Shown here one piece after another: positions 28,044-38,541 of a stretch of 64,000 nt of DNA. How positions within the stretch are numbered: position 1 is the stretch's first letter; every line of letters starts with the position of its first letter. The position numbers and the translations under genes are program-made. The notes beneath the pieces were generated by a model. The model made no database searches. It saw only the letters and a list, made by a program, of their open reading frames with translations, and had not been told where the DNA came from. The DNA is from Spirochaetales bacterium (lineage in GTDB: Bacteria; Spirochaetota; Spirochaetia; Treponematales; UBA12059): positions 124,001 through 188,000 of the forward strand of contig JAFGJV010000004.1 of the NCBI GenBank assembly GCA_016928955.1. The letters run 5' to 3'.

Positions 28044-29002
28044 TGGACTACACGAAGAAAATACGGCGCTTGGTCGGGGTGGATGTCGTTCTGGGCCTGG
28101 TCCTGGTTTCTGGAATTTTGGCCAGGGGTTCGGGCAAGGCTGCTGCCTTGGGCGAGCGCAGGGAGCTATTGAAGGACCCGGCTGCCGTCCACTCCATACG
28201 CGTTGGCGCGGAGGAGACCTTCAGCCTGTCCAAGGCCGCTGGCTGCTGGGTACTGGACAGCGGGGCGGCAGGGCTTCCCGCGGACGCAGAGCGCGTGGCT
28301 GCCTTCCTGGACGCGCTGGCCTCGGTTGACCGGCTGGAACAGGTGGCCTCGTCCGCCGATTCGAAGGCGTCGCTTGGACTGACAGGAACGGAAACCGTAA
28401 GCCTTGAGCTGACTGGTTCCGACGGCACGGTCCTTTTGTCCCTCAACTGCGGTGCCTACGCCCCGTCTGGCTCGCGCGTATATCTGGCCTTCCCCGGCTC
28501 GGACGCGTCCTACTCCGCCCCCGCCGGCTTTGCGTCGTACCTGAAGGCGGGCAGGAAGCGCTGGCTTGACCTCAGGGCCTTTCCCGGCCAGGTGCAGGTA
28601 GCGGACATTGAGGAAATCCGGGCTTCCGGGTCCATCGTCCTGGCAGACGGCTCCGTGCGCAGCTTGTCATACACGCTCCGCCGCTCGGGCGGCGGCTGGG
28701 AAGGCGGGACCGGCGTTGCCGACCCGGCCACGGTAGACGCCATGGCCAGGAGCCTTGTGTCCATAAAGGGCGACGACTGGTTCACTGACGGCCGTGTCCT
28801 GGGCGAGCCGGACGCCGTTATCGAGCTCAGCCTGGGCAATTCGGATACCATCACCCTCAGTCTGTACCGCATGGCGTCGCTCTACGACCTTGCAGACGAC
28901 AGCTACCTGGCTGTTTCATCGGAACGGGTCCTGCCCCTTGTGGTATCGGCATGGACGGTTGCGGACACGTTCAAGGACGCCCAGGCGCTGGCAGGATCCT
29001 GA
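28040..29002 (+). CDS. DUF4340-like periplasmic protein
   Basis: N-terminal TM, W..PAD..V..FL pattern; usual fourth gene of GldAFG-like operons. Confidence 0.65.
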   Translation: MMDYTKKIRRLVGVDVVLGLVLVSGILARGSGKAAALGERRELLKDPAAVHSIRVGAEETFSLSKAAGCWVLDSGAAGLPADAERVAAFLDALASVDRLEQVASSADSKASLGLTGTETVSLELTGSDGTVLLSLNCGAYAPSGSRVYLAFPGSDASYSAPAGFASYLKAGRKRWLDLRAFPGQVQVADIEEIRASGSIVLADGSVRSLSYTLRRSGGGWEGGTGVADPATVDAMARSLVSIKGDDWFTDGRVLGEPDAVIELSLGNSDTITLSLYRMASLYDLADDSYLAVSSERVLPLVVSAWTVADTFKDAQALAGS

Positions 29003-29018
29003 ACGGCGATACGCGTGC

Positions 29019-30473
29019 CTACTGGCCGGCCAGGAAAGCCCTGAATTTCTCGGGATCGGGGCGGAACGCCATGATATGGGTGTCCCGTTCCTCCCTGGCT
29101 TTTCTCAGGGCTGCCATGGCCTCGCTAACCATACGGTCGGCGGATACCAAGCGGCCGGTGCGGGAGCTCAAGCCCATGAACAATTCCAGGTAATTGGCGC
29201 CGCCGTGGCGGCCCTGCAGCTGGAACGTCAGTTTCTTGAGCAGTTCCTCGCTCATGCGTATGGCGTGGTCTATGTCCATGTTCGGAAGTATCACGGCCAC
29301 GCCGGAGTCGCCAAACTCAAAGGACAGGTCCTTAAAACTGAAGAACTCCTGGGTGAGCCGGCTGAATATGGAAAAATCCTCCCGGCCGCGCTCGCTGTCG
29401 TCCAAGGACGCAATGAACAGGCAGATATCCTGCTCAAAGGACGCCGAGCGCTTGAGCTCTGCGTCAAGCCTGTCCCTGAGGTATGCTTCCCAGCCCAGCC
29501 CCGTGTCAGGATCGAACAGGCCCGGCGGTCCTGATTTGGGCTCAAGAGGTGCGTCCTGGCGTTCCAGCGGAGACATGCCATCGCGCGGGGAGGCGGGCGG
29601 AGGCTCAAGCTCAAAATCTATGCGTTCGTCTATCAGGAGCTCCATGCCGTCATCATCATCCGACGTCGAGCGGCGCTGGAAGCCGTAACGGGGTTCTCGT
29701 TTCGGGACGGGGAATGTTTCAGGCGCACCAGCGCCATCGTCATAGTCCGGTAGCCCATCATCCATTACGGGTCCGGCAGCTTCGGCCTCGCCTGCCACCC
29801 GGTCGGACGGCTCATAGGCAGGTTCAGACGCGTGCTGGAAGGGAGGCGAGCGGACGGCGACAAAGGCACCCGTCTCGGACGGACTTTTGTATGCAGGAGC
29901 GGCATCATGAAGGTATGCGGCGGCCGTTGCAGGCCTGGGAGCCTTTGCTCCGGCCAGGGCGACCAACCAGGCTACCGCGACCACCAGGACGGCCAGGTAT
30001 GAGAGCAAGGCCAGTCGGATGGACACGAACGCGTCGTGCTGGCTGAGCGTCGCGAACAACGCGTGCAGGGTCATGCCCGACGATAGCGAGCCGGAAAACA
30101 GTTCGACGCTTGGCGGCAGCGCCACAAAAAGCCCGTCAGGGGATAGTCCAGCAGCGTCGGGAGCGGGGCGGTAATAGGGCGACGCGTCGGGCAGGGCGTA
30201 GAGGACCGTACCTTCATCGTCCCGAACAACGAGGGCCAGAAGACGGCTGTCGCGTTTCCAGGTTCCCAGTGCCATGGACGTCCAGTCCGCCCGCGCCAAG
30301 TCCTTTTCCGTCGGCACCGTGTTGATGGCCACCCTCCTGAGGTCGGAGAACGACTCGCGCGACGCGTGCACCCCGTCTTGCCATGAACGGTAGGCGCGGT
30401 ACGCTGGGACGGCTGTGGCTGATACAAGAGCAAGCACGAACAAAAAGGCGACGAACGCGGCACCATGTCTCAT
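29019..30473 (-). CDS. Membrane protein with an acidic linker and a degenerate GGDEF domain
   Basis: Two TM segments; DPDTGL, ELKRS, FGDSG in place of GGDEF, EAMAALRKAR. Confidence 0.75.
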   Translation of the reverse strand: MRHGAAFVAFLFVLALVSATAVPAYRAYRSWQDGVHASRESFSDLRRVAINTVPTEKDLARADWTSMALGTWKRDSRLLALVVRDDEGTVLYALPDASPYYRPAPDAAGLSPDGLFVALPPSVELFSGSLSSGMTLHALFATLSQHDAFVSIRLALLSYLAVLVVAVAWLVALAGAKAPRPATAAAYLHDAAPAYKSPSETGAFVAVRSPPFQHASEPAYEPSDRVAGEAEAAGPVMDDGLPDYDDGAGAPETFPVPKREPRYGFQRRSTSDDDDGMELLIDERIDFELEPPPASPRDGMSPLERQDAPLEPKSGPPGLFDPDTGLGWEAYLRDRLDAELKRSASFEQDICLFIASLDDSERGREDFSIFSRLTQEFFSFKDLSFEFGDSGVAVILPNMDIDHAIRMSEELLKKLTFQLQGRHGGANYLELFMGLSSRTGRLVSADRMVSEAMAALRKAREERDTHIMAFRPDPEKFRAFLAGQ

Positions 30474-30537
30474 GGTTTGACAGTATAATCGCACTTGACC
30501 AGTTTTGGAATGCCGATATGCGGTCAAGGAGGATGCC

Positions 30538-31362
30538 ATGGCCATACGCGAGCGGGAATTGCCTGTCGGCTGGTATCCCGGGGACAAGTCGGGGGTCCTG
30601 TCCATGATCAGGGAGTTCGAAAGCGCCTGGGGATCGCCACCATGGGCAGGATCCGCCCTGGCATGCATCGCCCCGCACGCGGGCTGGGCCTTCTCGGGTG
30701 CCCTCGCCTGGGCGGCATGGATGGCAGCTGACACTCCGGACACGGCCGTGATCGTCGGAGGCCATCTGCCCGGCGGCTTTGGTTTTTTATCTGCTCCCGC
30801 GGACGGCTTTGAAACGCCCTTAGGCGTTGTACGTCTGGACGTGGACATAAACCAGAAGGTTTCAAAAATTCTAGGAGCCCGGCCAGACAAGGCGGTGGAC
30901 AATACCGTTGAGATCCATCTGCCACTTCTGGCCGCCCGCTTCCCGAACGCGAGCGTGGCCTGGTTCAGGGCGCCCAACGGGCCTGAGGCCGGGGACCTGG
31001 GACGAGCGCTGTCGGATTACGCTGACGAGACGGGAAAAAAACTTTTTGTGCTCGGCTCAACTGACCTGACGCACTACGGGCCGAATTACGGTTGGTCGCC
31101 CGGAGGCACAGGCGAGCAGGGCCGATCCTGGGCAGGAGACGCAGACAAGGCCATGGCTGAAGCTTTCGTCGCCATGGATATACCCGGAGCTCTGGCCTTG
31201 GCGGATGAAAAAGCTTCAGCGTGTTCAGTCGGGGCGGGTATAGCCGCTTTGAGCTACGCCCAGGCCCGCGGCAGGACGCGCGGAACCCTGCTGGGCAGGG
31301 CGTCCAGCGCGGATTTGGCCCCCGGACCCTCCTTTGTGGGCTATTGCGCAGTGGCGTATTAA
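30538..31362 (+). CDS. MEMO1 / AmmeMemoRadiSam system protein B family
   Basis: GWYP, IAPHAGWAFSG, FETPLG, DNTVEIHLP, STDLTHYG, FVGY. Confidence 0.85.
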   Translation: MAIRERELPVGWYPGDKSGVLSMIREFESAWGSPPWAGSALACIAPHAGWAFSGALAWAAWMAADTPDTAVIVGGHLPGGFGFLSAPADGFETPLGVVRLDVDINQKVSKILGARPDKAVDNTVEIHLPLLAARFPNASVAWFRAPNGPEAGDLGRALSDYADETGKKLFVLGSTDLTHYGPNYGWSPGGTGEQGRSWAGDADKAMAEAFVAMDIPGALALADEKASACSVGAGIAALSYAQARGRTRGTLLGRASSADLAPGPSFVGYCAVAY

Positions 31363-31369
31363 CGGCCTG

Positions 31370-32755
31370 TCAAGGGAGTCCTGCGACGGCGGTCTTGAAG
31401 CTGCGCCCGCGGTCGAACTCGTTTTTAAACATGCCAAACGACGTGCAGCCCGGGGAAAGGATGACCACGTGGCCCGGAGCAGCAAGATTATCTGCCGTCT
31501 GGACCGCTTCAATGAAATCCGCGTATGGACCGTGATACGGCACGCCGTCCTCGTCCAGAAGGGCGCGCAGTTTTTCTGTACCCGTACCCGAGAGGAGGAT
31601 AAGCTCCTTGGCTTTTCTGTAGGCGGCCCTGACAGGCCTGAAGTCCAGGTTTTTGTCCGTGCCGCCGGTAATCAGTACGATGGGCTCTGAAAACGCGTCG
31701 AGGGCGGCCGCTACCGCCTCTGGTACCGTGGCGGCCGAGTCGTTGTACCACCGTGACCCGTTCCTGTCCGCGAAATGCTCCAGCCGGTGCTCAACGCCGG
31801 GAAAGGTTTCCATCGCGGCGGCCAGTCCACCGGGCTCCGCCCCGGCAGCCCAGGCGGCCAGAGCGGCGGCGGCCATGTTACGCCGGTTGTGGGCGCCGGG
31901 AACGGGAACGACGGCCGGGACCAAAGGAAATTTCTCGGTGCCGGGCAGTTGTCCCCACCACGAGCCGTCAGGAGCCAGCCGCGCGCCACAGGCATCCAAG
32001 GGCGGCCGCGAACCGTACCAGAGGACCCCCGCCTTGGTCTCGGCCGCAAAACTCCGGCCGTAGGGATCGTCGGCGTCGCACAAGGTCCACTGGCTGGGGC
32101 CCTGGTCGGCGTATATCAGGCGCTTGTCAGCCACATACTCGTCCATGCCCGCGTATCGGTCCAGGTGGTCTGGGACGATGCGCGTCAGCACGGCCACCAG
32201 CGGTTTGAGAACGCCCCTGCCTTTGAGGTCGCCGAGCTGCCAGCTGGATAGCTCAAGGACCACGCGGTCAGAGGGCGAGAGCTCGGACAGGAAACTGAGC
32301 GGAGACATGGTTATGTTGCCGCCGAGGTAGGCATTAATGCCCGATGCCCGAAGGACATGCGCAAGGGCACTGGACGTGGTCGACTTGCCCTTGGAACCGG
32401 TAACCGCCAACACGGGAGCAGGGCACAAGCCCAGGAATATGGACAGGTCCGTCTCTACGCGACGCGACAGGGCCAGGTACTCGTTGTCGGGGCGGACGGC
32501 GGGGTTTTTCACCACCAGGTCCGCCGAGGAAAAATTGCCGCGCTCGTGCCTGCCGAGCACGAACCGTATGCCAAGGCCGTCGAGCGCTGACACGGACTCC
32601 GCAAGGGCTGACTCGTCCTTCATGTCGGTGACCGTAACCAAGGCTCCGGCTTTGGCCAGGAAGCGGGCGGTGGGAACGCCGCCGCCGTTGAGTCCCAGTC
32701 CCATGACCGTTACGCGGGCTCCGCGCAGGTCGTCAGTGTTCAGTGGTTTCAGCAT
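31370..32755 (-). CDS. murD: UDP-MurNAc-L-Ala--D-glutamate ligase
   Basis: MGLGLNG, AVTGSKGKSTT, LELSSWQL, DHLDRY, EHRLE, NDSAAT, SPGCTSF. Confidence 0.93.
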   Translation of the reverse strand: MLKPLNTDDLRGARVTVMGLGLNGGGVPTARFLAKAGALVTVTDMKDESALAESVSALDGLGIRFVLGRHERGNFSSADLVVKNPAVRPDNEYLALSRRVETDLSIFLGLCPAPVLAVTGSKGKSTTSSALAHVLRASGINAYLGGNITMSPLSFLSELSPSDRVVLELSSWQLGDLKGRGVLKPLVAVLTRIVPDHLDRYAGMDEYVADKRLIYADQGPSQWTLCDADDPYGRSFAAETKAGVLWYGSRPPLDACGARLAPDGSWWGQLPGTEKFPLVPAVVPVPGAHNRRNMAAAALAAWAAGAEPGGLAAAMETFPGVEHRLEHFADRNGSRWYNDSAATVPEAVAAALDAFSEPIVLITGGTDKNLDFRPVRAAYRKAKELILLSGTGTEKLRALLDEDGVPYHGPYADFIEAVQTADNLAAPGHVVILSPGCTSFGMFKNEFDRGRSFKTAVAGLP

Positions 32756-33695
32756 GATCGAGGGCGTACTCCTTCTGGTCTCGGTCGTTGAGGTAGGGAT
32801 GGACGGTGAAACGTGACAAGAGGGCCTTCCATGTGTCCGGTATGGAGCCCCCGAGCGAGCGGAATTCCTCCATATCCTCGCTGAACGATGAGTTGCGCAG
32901 GGCTTTCTGCACGGCGTCCATTTCAGGCTTGAGACGCTTGACCGCGTAATGAAGGAGCGGCACAAAGCTCCTCCTGCCGTCCGGCGATAGGACGGGAGGA
33001 AAGGCGCACAGGGTCTTGTATTTGCAGAACAGGGGATAGTAGGGATAGATGCGGCGACCGGGTTCAAGGAACAGCTTGGTGAAAAATTTTGAAAGGTCGC
33101 TGTCCATCCATATACCGCGAACCATGTAGCCCTTTCCCGTCTCTCCTATCCAGGTCTGCGACACCAGCTGGCGGATGCGGAAAGCCATGACGCGGCCAGA
33201 TTCCCACATGACGGCGTCCAAGGGAATGAGTTCGGATTCCAGAAATACCCGCCTGGTTGTGTACGCCGCAGTAAGGTCGTTAGTACCCGGCTGGACGACG
33301 TCGGACTCGAAGGGCCGCGGCAAAAGATCCAGCCTGAGCAGGTAGAGGTATACGTCATCGTCAACCTTGTACATGCGGTAGAAACAGGGTTTGAGGATTT
33401 CAGCAGGGTCGAAAAAATAGGTGAGGCCGTCAAAGCATTCGGGCAGGATGGACGCGAGCTGGGCCACAACATCGCGGATGCTGCTGATGTACGGCGCGTC
33501 GGGTACGGAGCGTCGTATGTCGTGGTGGATGGGCAACCTGGGCACGGCCAGGGCCGTGGGCAGTTCGACGAAATACTCCTCGCCCTGGGTCAGGCGCATG
33601 GCGTAGGGGACGTTCTGTCCGGACACTGTGGATATCGCCGCGTTGACGCTGGCGTCTATGTACGCTATCCGGATTTCGTTGAGGAGCTGTTCCAC
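32733..33695 (-). CDS. Hypothetical protein (320 aa) overlapping the murD start
   Basis: Long ORF with protein-like composition; no recognised motif. Confidence 0.7.
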   Translation of the reverse strand: MEQLLNEIRIAYIDASVNAAISTVSGQNVPYAMRLTQGEEYFVELPTALAVPRLPIHHDIRRSVPDAPYISSIRDVVAQLASILPECFDGLTYFFDPAEILKPCFYRMYKVDDDVYLYLLRLDLLPRPFESDVVQPGTNDLTAAYTTRRVFLESELIPLDAVMWESGRVMAFRIRQLVSQTWIGETGKGYMVRGIWMDSDLSKFFTKLFLEPGRRIYPYYPLFCKYKTLCAFPPVLSPDGRRSFVPLLHYAVKRLKPEMDAVQKALRNSSFSEDMEEFRSLGGSIPDTWKALLSRFTVHPYLNDRDQKEYALDHAETTEH

Positions 33696-33731
33696 TGGAC
33701 GTTAGTATATCCGGGGCGGGTGGCTAAATCA

Positions 33732-33764
33732 ACGAGGGGCGCCCGGATAGGGGCTGCCCCTCGT
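33732..33764 (-). terminator. Hairpin downstream of the ABC exporter pair
   Basis: ACGAGGGGC-GCCC...GGGC-t-GCCCCTCGT. Confidence 0.5.
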
Positions 33765-33779
33765 GTCGTGTGTATCAGG

Positions 33780-35561
33780 TCAACCCGCTTGGCCCAGATG
33801 CTCCTCTATGAAGGAACGGTACGCGGGATTATCCAGAAGCTCTTCGTGCGTACCAAAGCCAAGAGCCTTGCCCCCGTCTATGAAAAGCACCTTGTCCACG
33901 TATTGAAGGGTGGACAGGCGGTGCGACACGATGACGAAGGACAGGTCCCGTGACATGGCGTCTAAAGCGCGCATCAGGCGCTCCTCGTTGGTGGCGTCCA
34001 GGCTCGCCGTTATGTCGTCAAAGAGCATGAGTTCAGGCCTACGGGCCACCGCGCGGGCTATGGCCATGCGCTGTTTCTGGCCTCCCGACAGGCTGATGCC
34101 GCGCTGTCCCACCACGGTATTCTGGCCGTCGCCGAAGGACGCTATTTCTTCGGACATCTGGGCGGCGTCTACGGCCAGCTTGAAGGTGTCGTCGCTCGGC
34201 TGGTCTGTGCCCAGGTCGACGTTCTCCCGCAGGGTGCCGGAGAACAACAGCGCTTCCTGCGGCACGTAACCCACGCGGGACCGGTACTCGGTCAGGTCAA
34301 GGTCCTTGAGGTCCACGCCGTTGACGCTTACGCTGCCGCCTTCGGGAGTCAAGAGACCGAGCATGGATTTGATGAGCGTGGACTTGCCCGAGCCGACGGG
34401 CCCTATCACGCCAAGCCGCTCGCCGCGCTTCAAGGTCAGGCTGACTCCGTCAAGGGCCCTGCCGACGCGGTCGCCATAGGAGAAGGACAGATCCTTGATC
34501 TCAAGGGCGCGGAATTCCCCGCTCGGCTTCGGCTCGGCCGGCCGCCGGGCGTCGGGATGCGCCGCCATTTCCTCCAGGCGATCCATGTTCACAAAGGCCC
34601 GCTTTCCGGACACGAACAGCTGGGGGATGTCCAGGATGGGGAACACCAGCATGCGGAGGTAGGTGTAGAAGGCGTAGAACGTGCCTATGGTGATGGCCCC
34701 GTTCACGGCCATGGCTCCTCCGGCTATCACGATGCCGGCCAGGGCTATGTACTCGATGTTCTGGAAGAACAGGTGCAGGATGACCTCCAGCTTGGCCACG
34801 GCCAGCTCGGTCTTCTTGCGGGTGTCCAGCACGTCCTGGAAAAAGCGCTTGTACTTGTCCTCGCAGGCGTAGGCCTTGATGATACGCACCCCAGAGAAGC
34901 TCATCTCAAGCTGGGCGTTGATCGCGCTGATGGCCGCCTGGTTCTTCTCAAAAGTGTCGTAGATGCGGTTCTGCGTCACGTAGAAGATGGCGATCATGAT
35001 GGGTATGGGTATCAGGGAAAACAGCGTCAGCTTGGTGTCAAGGAGGAACATGGCCGTCAGGCAGAAAGCCACCTTGCTGATTGATTCCACGGCGCGGAAG
35101 ATACCCGAGCACAGGAACCACGACAGCTTTGGGAAGTCGTACAGGTCGTCTGTGAGCCGGGTCACTATGTCGCCGGAGGCAAAGCGGGAAAAGAAGCTGT
35201 GGTCCTTGGCCATCACCTTGCGGAAGAACTTGCCGCGTATCGAATGCTCGAACACGGAATTGGTCATGCCCCTGATGCCGGGGAAGATGGACGACACGAG
35301 CTCTGCAAGCCCCACGGCCACGAACACCAGCAGGATACGGTCCACCTTGGCCATGCCCGTGCCGTCGTCCGGCCTGGACAGGTGGTCCATGATGGTGTCC
35401 AGAAGCTGCTTGGTGAGATAGGGATAGGTGATGGCCACCGCGCTCGACAGCAGGGTGAGGAAAAAGAGAAAGAGTATCAGCCAGTATTTTTCCGCCCAGA
35501 CGCGGCGGATCCATGCTATGTGGTTGACGCGTATGGCGTCTGGTCTATTAGTGTCACTCAT
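33780..35561 (-). CDS. ABC exporter, fused permease/ATPase (heterodimer subunit)
   Basis: TM domain, GPVGSGKS, LSGGQKQR, degenerate Walker B FDD. Confidence 0.9.
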   Translation of the reverse strand: MSDTNRPDAIRVNHIAWIRRVWAEKYWLILFLFFLTLLSSAVAITYPYLTKQLLDTIMDHLSRPDDGTGMAKVDRILLVFVAVGLAELVSSIFPGIRGMTNSVFEHSIRGKFFRKVMAKDHSFFSRFASGDIVTRLTDDLYDFPKLSWFLCSGIFRAVESISKVAFCLTAMFLLDTKLTLFSLIPIPIMIAIFYVTQNRIYDTFEKNQAAISAINAQLEMSFSGVRIIKAYACEDKYKRFFQDVLDTRKKTELAVAKLEVILHLFFQNIEYIALAGIVIAGGAMAVNGAITIGTFYAFYTYLRMLVFPILDIPQLFVSGKRAFVNMDRLEEMAAHPDARRPAEPKPSGEFRALEIKDLSFSYGDRVGRALDGVSLTLKRGERLGVIGPVGSGKSTLIKSMLGLLTPEGGSVSVNGVDLKDLDLTEYRSRVGYVPQEALLFSGTLRENVDLGTDQPSDDTFKLAVDAAQMSEEIASFGDGQNTVVGQRGISLSGGQKQRMAIARAVARRPELMLFDDITASLDATNEERLMRALDAMSRDLSFVIVSHRLSTLQYVDKVLFIDGGKALGFGTHEELLDNPAYRSFIEEHLGQAG

Positions 35562-37354
35562 GCTACGGTCTCCGCCGTCTGGGCCCCGTCCGCCGTACGC
35601 TCGGCGTCCAGGTCTGGGAACTGAAGGCGCACCAGCTCTCCGTATTCCGGGAGCGAGGACAGAAGCTCCTCGTGGGTGCCCTGCGCTATGATGCGGCCGT
35701 CCTTGAAGAACAGGATCTTGTCCGCCTTGAGTATGGACGACAGCCTGTGGGCCACGATGATGGCCGTGCGCCCTTTCAGCATGTCAGCCATGCTTTTCTG
35801 AATGCGTCTCTCCGTGGCAACGTCCACGCTGGCCGTGGCCTCGTCCATGATGACGATGTCCGCGTCAAAAGCCACGGCACGCGCGAACGAAAGGAGCTGT
35901 TTCTCCCCCATGGACAGGTTTGACCCGCGTTCGTGGAGGCTGGTCCTCACGTCATTGGGCAGGCGACGCACAAAGTCGGCCGCGTGCACCGTCTTCAGGG
36001 CGGCGAACACGTCAGGCTCGTGGATCGCGTCGTCGTACACGCGGACGTTTTCCAGAATGGTTCCCGGGAAGAGGTATACGTCCTGAAGGACGAGTCCTAT
36101 GGTGCGTCTCCAGGCATGGAGGTCGATCTCGGTCAGGTCGCGGCCGTCCACCAGGATCGTGCCGGACCCTATCGGATAGAATCTGCACAGCAGACTCACC
36201 GTTGTGGTTTTGCCCGAACCGGAAGCGCCCACCAGGGCAAGGGTCTGCCCCTTCTTGACCGTAAACGAAACGTTGTCCAGGACCGGCTCGCCATCCTTGT
36301 AGGAGAAGCTCACGTTCCTGAATTCGATTTCCTGGCTGAAGGACGGAGACGCCCCCGACCCCTTGGGTTCCGGTAGCTCGTCCATGATCCCGAACACGCG
36401 GCCAAGCGCCACGCGGGCCTGCTGGATTCCGCGTATGTTCTCACCGATGGAGAACAGGGGCTCAAAGAGGGTCATGCCGTATTCGATGAACACCAGCAGG
36501 GCACCTACGGTCAGCGCTCCCTGGAAGATGCCGGGCGCAATGAGCCGTATGATCAGTACCAGGAACAAGGTGCCAGCCATGAAGCGGAGCACGCCCATGA
36601 AGCTGTATTCGACGAGGCCAGCCTTGATTTCCACGTCGCGCTTTTCCTTGCTGGCTTCTTCCAGCCTGCGCGACGCGTGTTCGGTGCGGTTGAACGCCTG
36701 CAGCACCTCTATGCCCTGCACGAACTCGGTGGCCACCGCCGTGATCTTGGCGTAGGTCTTGCGGGCTTTTTCGTAGAGGGGACGGAGCTTGTCGAACACA
36801 AAGATGAAGGCGAACATCAGGAACGGCAGGGGAATCAGCATGACGCCCGTGGCGTTCGGATTTTTGCTGAACAGCACAAGGAAGACGCCCACAAAGTACG
36901 CCACGTTGGAGATAAGCATGACGCCTGTTTCGCTGAATATGTTCTTGGCTTTCTCCGTGTCGTTTTCAACGCGGGCCATCAGCTCGCCAACCTGATGCTT
37001 GTCAAAATAGGACACGGGCAGGGTCAACAGGTGCGAGAAGAGGTCCTCCTTGATTTTGGTGACCACTGACAAGCCGAGGCGAACGATCAGCATGGTCTGG
37101 AAATAGGTGCCCACGGCCATGAAGGCTATGAGACCCAGGTAGGACAGGGCATACCTGAGCATGAGCGACATGTCGCCAGCCGGTATGGCCTTGTCTATAA
37201 CCTGCTGAAGGATGAGCGGGAGTGCGAGCTTGGCTCCCGTTGCCGCGAGCATGGCCACCGTGCCGGCCGCGAAGAGGCCCCAGTACGGCGCCATGTAGCC
37301 CAGGAACCTGGACAGGCTCCCCCTTGGCTTGGGGAGCTGTGCGTGTCGTTTCAT
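35558..37354 (-). CDS. ABC exporter, fused permease/ATPase (partner subunit)
   Basis: GASGSGKT, LSMGEKQ, MDEAT, AHRLS; ATGA overlap with the next gene. Confidence 0.9.
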   Translation of the reverse strand: MKRHAQLPKPRGSLSRFLGYMAPYWGLFAAGTVAMLAATGAKLALPLILQQVIDKAIPAGDMSLMLRYALSYLGLIAFMAVGTYFQTMLIVRLGLSVVTKIKEDLFSHLLTLPVSYFDKHQVGELMARVENDTEKAKNIFSETGVMLISNVAYFVGVFLVLFSKNPNATGVMLIPLPFLMFAFIFVFDKLRPLYEKARKTYAKITAVATEFVQGIEVLQAFNRTEHASRRLEEASKEKRDVEIKAGLVEYSFMGVLRFMAGTLFLVLIIRLIAPGIFQGALTVGALLVFIEYGMTLFEPLFSIGENIRGIQQARVALGRVFGIMDELPEPKGSGASPSFSQEIEFRNVSFSYKDGEPVLDNVSFTVKKGQTLALVGASGSGKTTTVSLLCRFYPIGSGTILVDGRDLTEIDLHAWRRTIGLVLQDVYLFPGTILENVRVYDDAIHEPDVFAALKTVHAADFVRRLPNDVRTSLHERGSNLSMGEKQLLSFARAVAFDADIVIMDEATASVDVATERRIQKSMADMLKGRTAIIVAHRLSSILKADKILFFKDGRIIAQGTHEELLSSLPEYGELVRLQFPDLDAERTADGAQTAETVA

Positions 37355-37578
37355 AGTCAGTCATTTCAGCGCGATGCGCTACCAGTGTTCTTCGGCCCCG
37401 GACGGAATCCCGCTCCGGCACAGCGCCCTGCGGGGCCCTTATCGGCATCCCCCACGGCCTATGACCGAACCTTCAACGCTACCGCTCAAATAATAGCGAA
37501 AGCGAACGGGCTGGTAAAGCGGAAAGAACAGCTAAAACAGATTGTGCCAGACAGTGGTTTTCTGTGCTCGCCCGCGGG

Positions 37579-38541
37579 TCACAGCCCGAGCAGGAACCCA
37601 AGGGCCGGTATGGAGGCAAGGGACAGCACCGTGGACACGAAAACCAACGCGCTGGCGCTGACCGTGTCGCCACCGTATACGCCGGCCAGGATGGTCGTGT
37701 TTGCCGCCACCGGCATGGCGGTAATCAAGACGGGCACAGCCAGCTCGATGCCGGAAAGCCCGAGAGCGCGCGCCAAGACGTAGATCAGGAGAGGATGGAT
37801 AGCCAGCCGCCATCCTGACGTGACCCAAAGCCGCCAGTCGGAGAGGACGCCGCGCAGGGATGTCCCCCCAAGCACCGCGCCGATCACTGCCATGGCCAGG
37901 GGCGTGGTGGTATGACCCAGTATGTCCAGGGCGCCGTATACAGGTTCGGGTATCCTGGCGGACAGCAGGAAGAGGGCAAAGCCGAGCAGGGCGGATGCAA
38001 CGGCCGGGTTCATGAAGGGTTTGAGGACGCTCAGGAACCTTCCGCCCGACCCCTTGGCTGGCGAGGGAGGGCGAGGCGACGGCCCGCGGATAAGGGCGGC
38101 GCCTACCGAGAACGCCAGTATCTGAAACGGAATGTTGTACGCGGCCACCATGAAGAGGCTCTCTGGCCCCAGGATGGACTCGGCCACCGGAAAGCCCATG
38201 AAGCCGACATTGGAGAAGCAGAGGGCAAAGCGGTGGACGCCAACGCGCTTTGAGTCGGCTCCTTTGTAGGCAGCGGTCACCAGGTAGGCAAGCGGAAAGG
38301 ACAGGGCATAGGCAAGGGCCGACATGCCGAGAACGCGCAGGGCCTGGTCGCGCACGTCGGCCGTAAAAGGTTTCTGCATGGATATCAGCACCAGGGCAGG
38401 GAGGCTGAAATCCAGGATGAAGCGGGACAGCCCGCGGATCGATTCGTCGCCGAGTACCCGCGTCTTCCGGGCAACAAATCCAACGGCAAGAAGAAGGAAG
38501 AGTATCAGGCTCTGTGACAGGGACGCGGGCAGTCCGTCCAT
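37579..38541 (-). CDS. AEC (auxin efflux carrier) family transporter
   Basis: FSLPAL, FSNVGFMGFP, MNP, AMPVAAN, about 10 TM segments. Confidence 0.9.
   Translation of the reverse strand: MDGLPASLSQSLILFLLLAVGFVARKTRVLGDESIRGLSRFILDFSLPALVLISMQKPFTADVRDQALRVLGMSALAYALSFPLAYLVTAAYKGADSKRVGVHRFALCFSNVGFMGFPVAESILGPESLFMVAAYNIPFQILAFSVGAALIRGPSPRPPSPAKGSGGRFLSVLKPFMNPAVASALLGFALFLLSARIPEPVYGALDILGHTTTPLAMAVIGAVLGGTSLRGVLSDWRLWVTSGWRLAIHPLLIYVLARALGLSGIELAVPVLITAMPVAANTTILAGVYGGDTVSASALVFVSTVLSLASIPALGFLLGL

Noticed and set aside
30474..30977. N-terminal extension of the GGDEF-like ORF to 652 aa
   Set aside because: It overlaps the MEMO1 gene on the opposite strand; the TM-bearing start at 30473 is more plausible.
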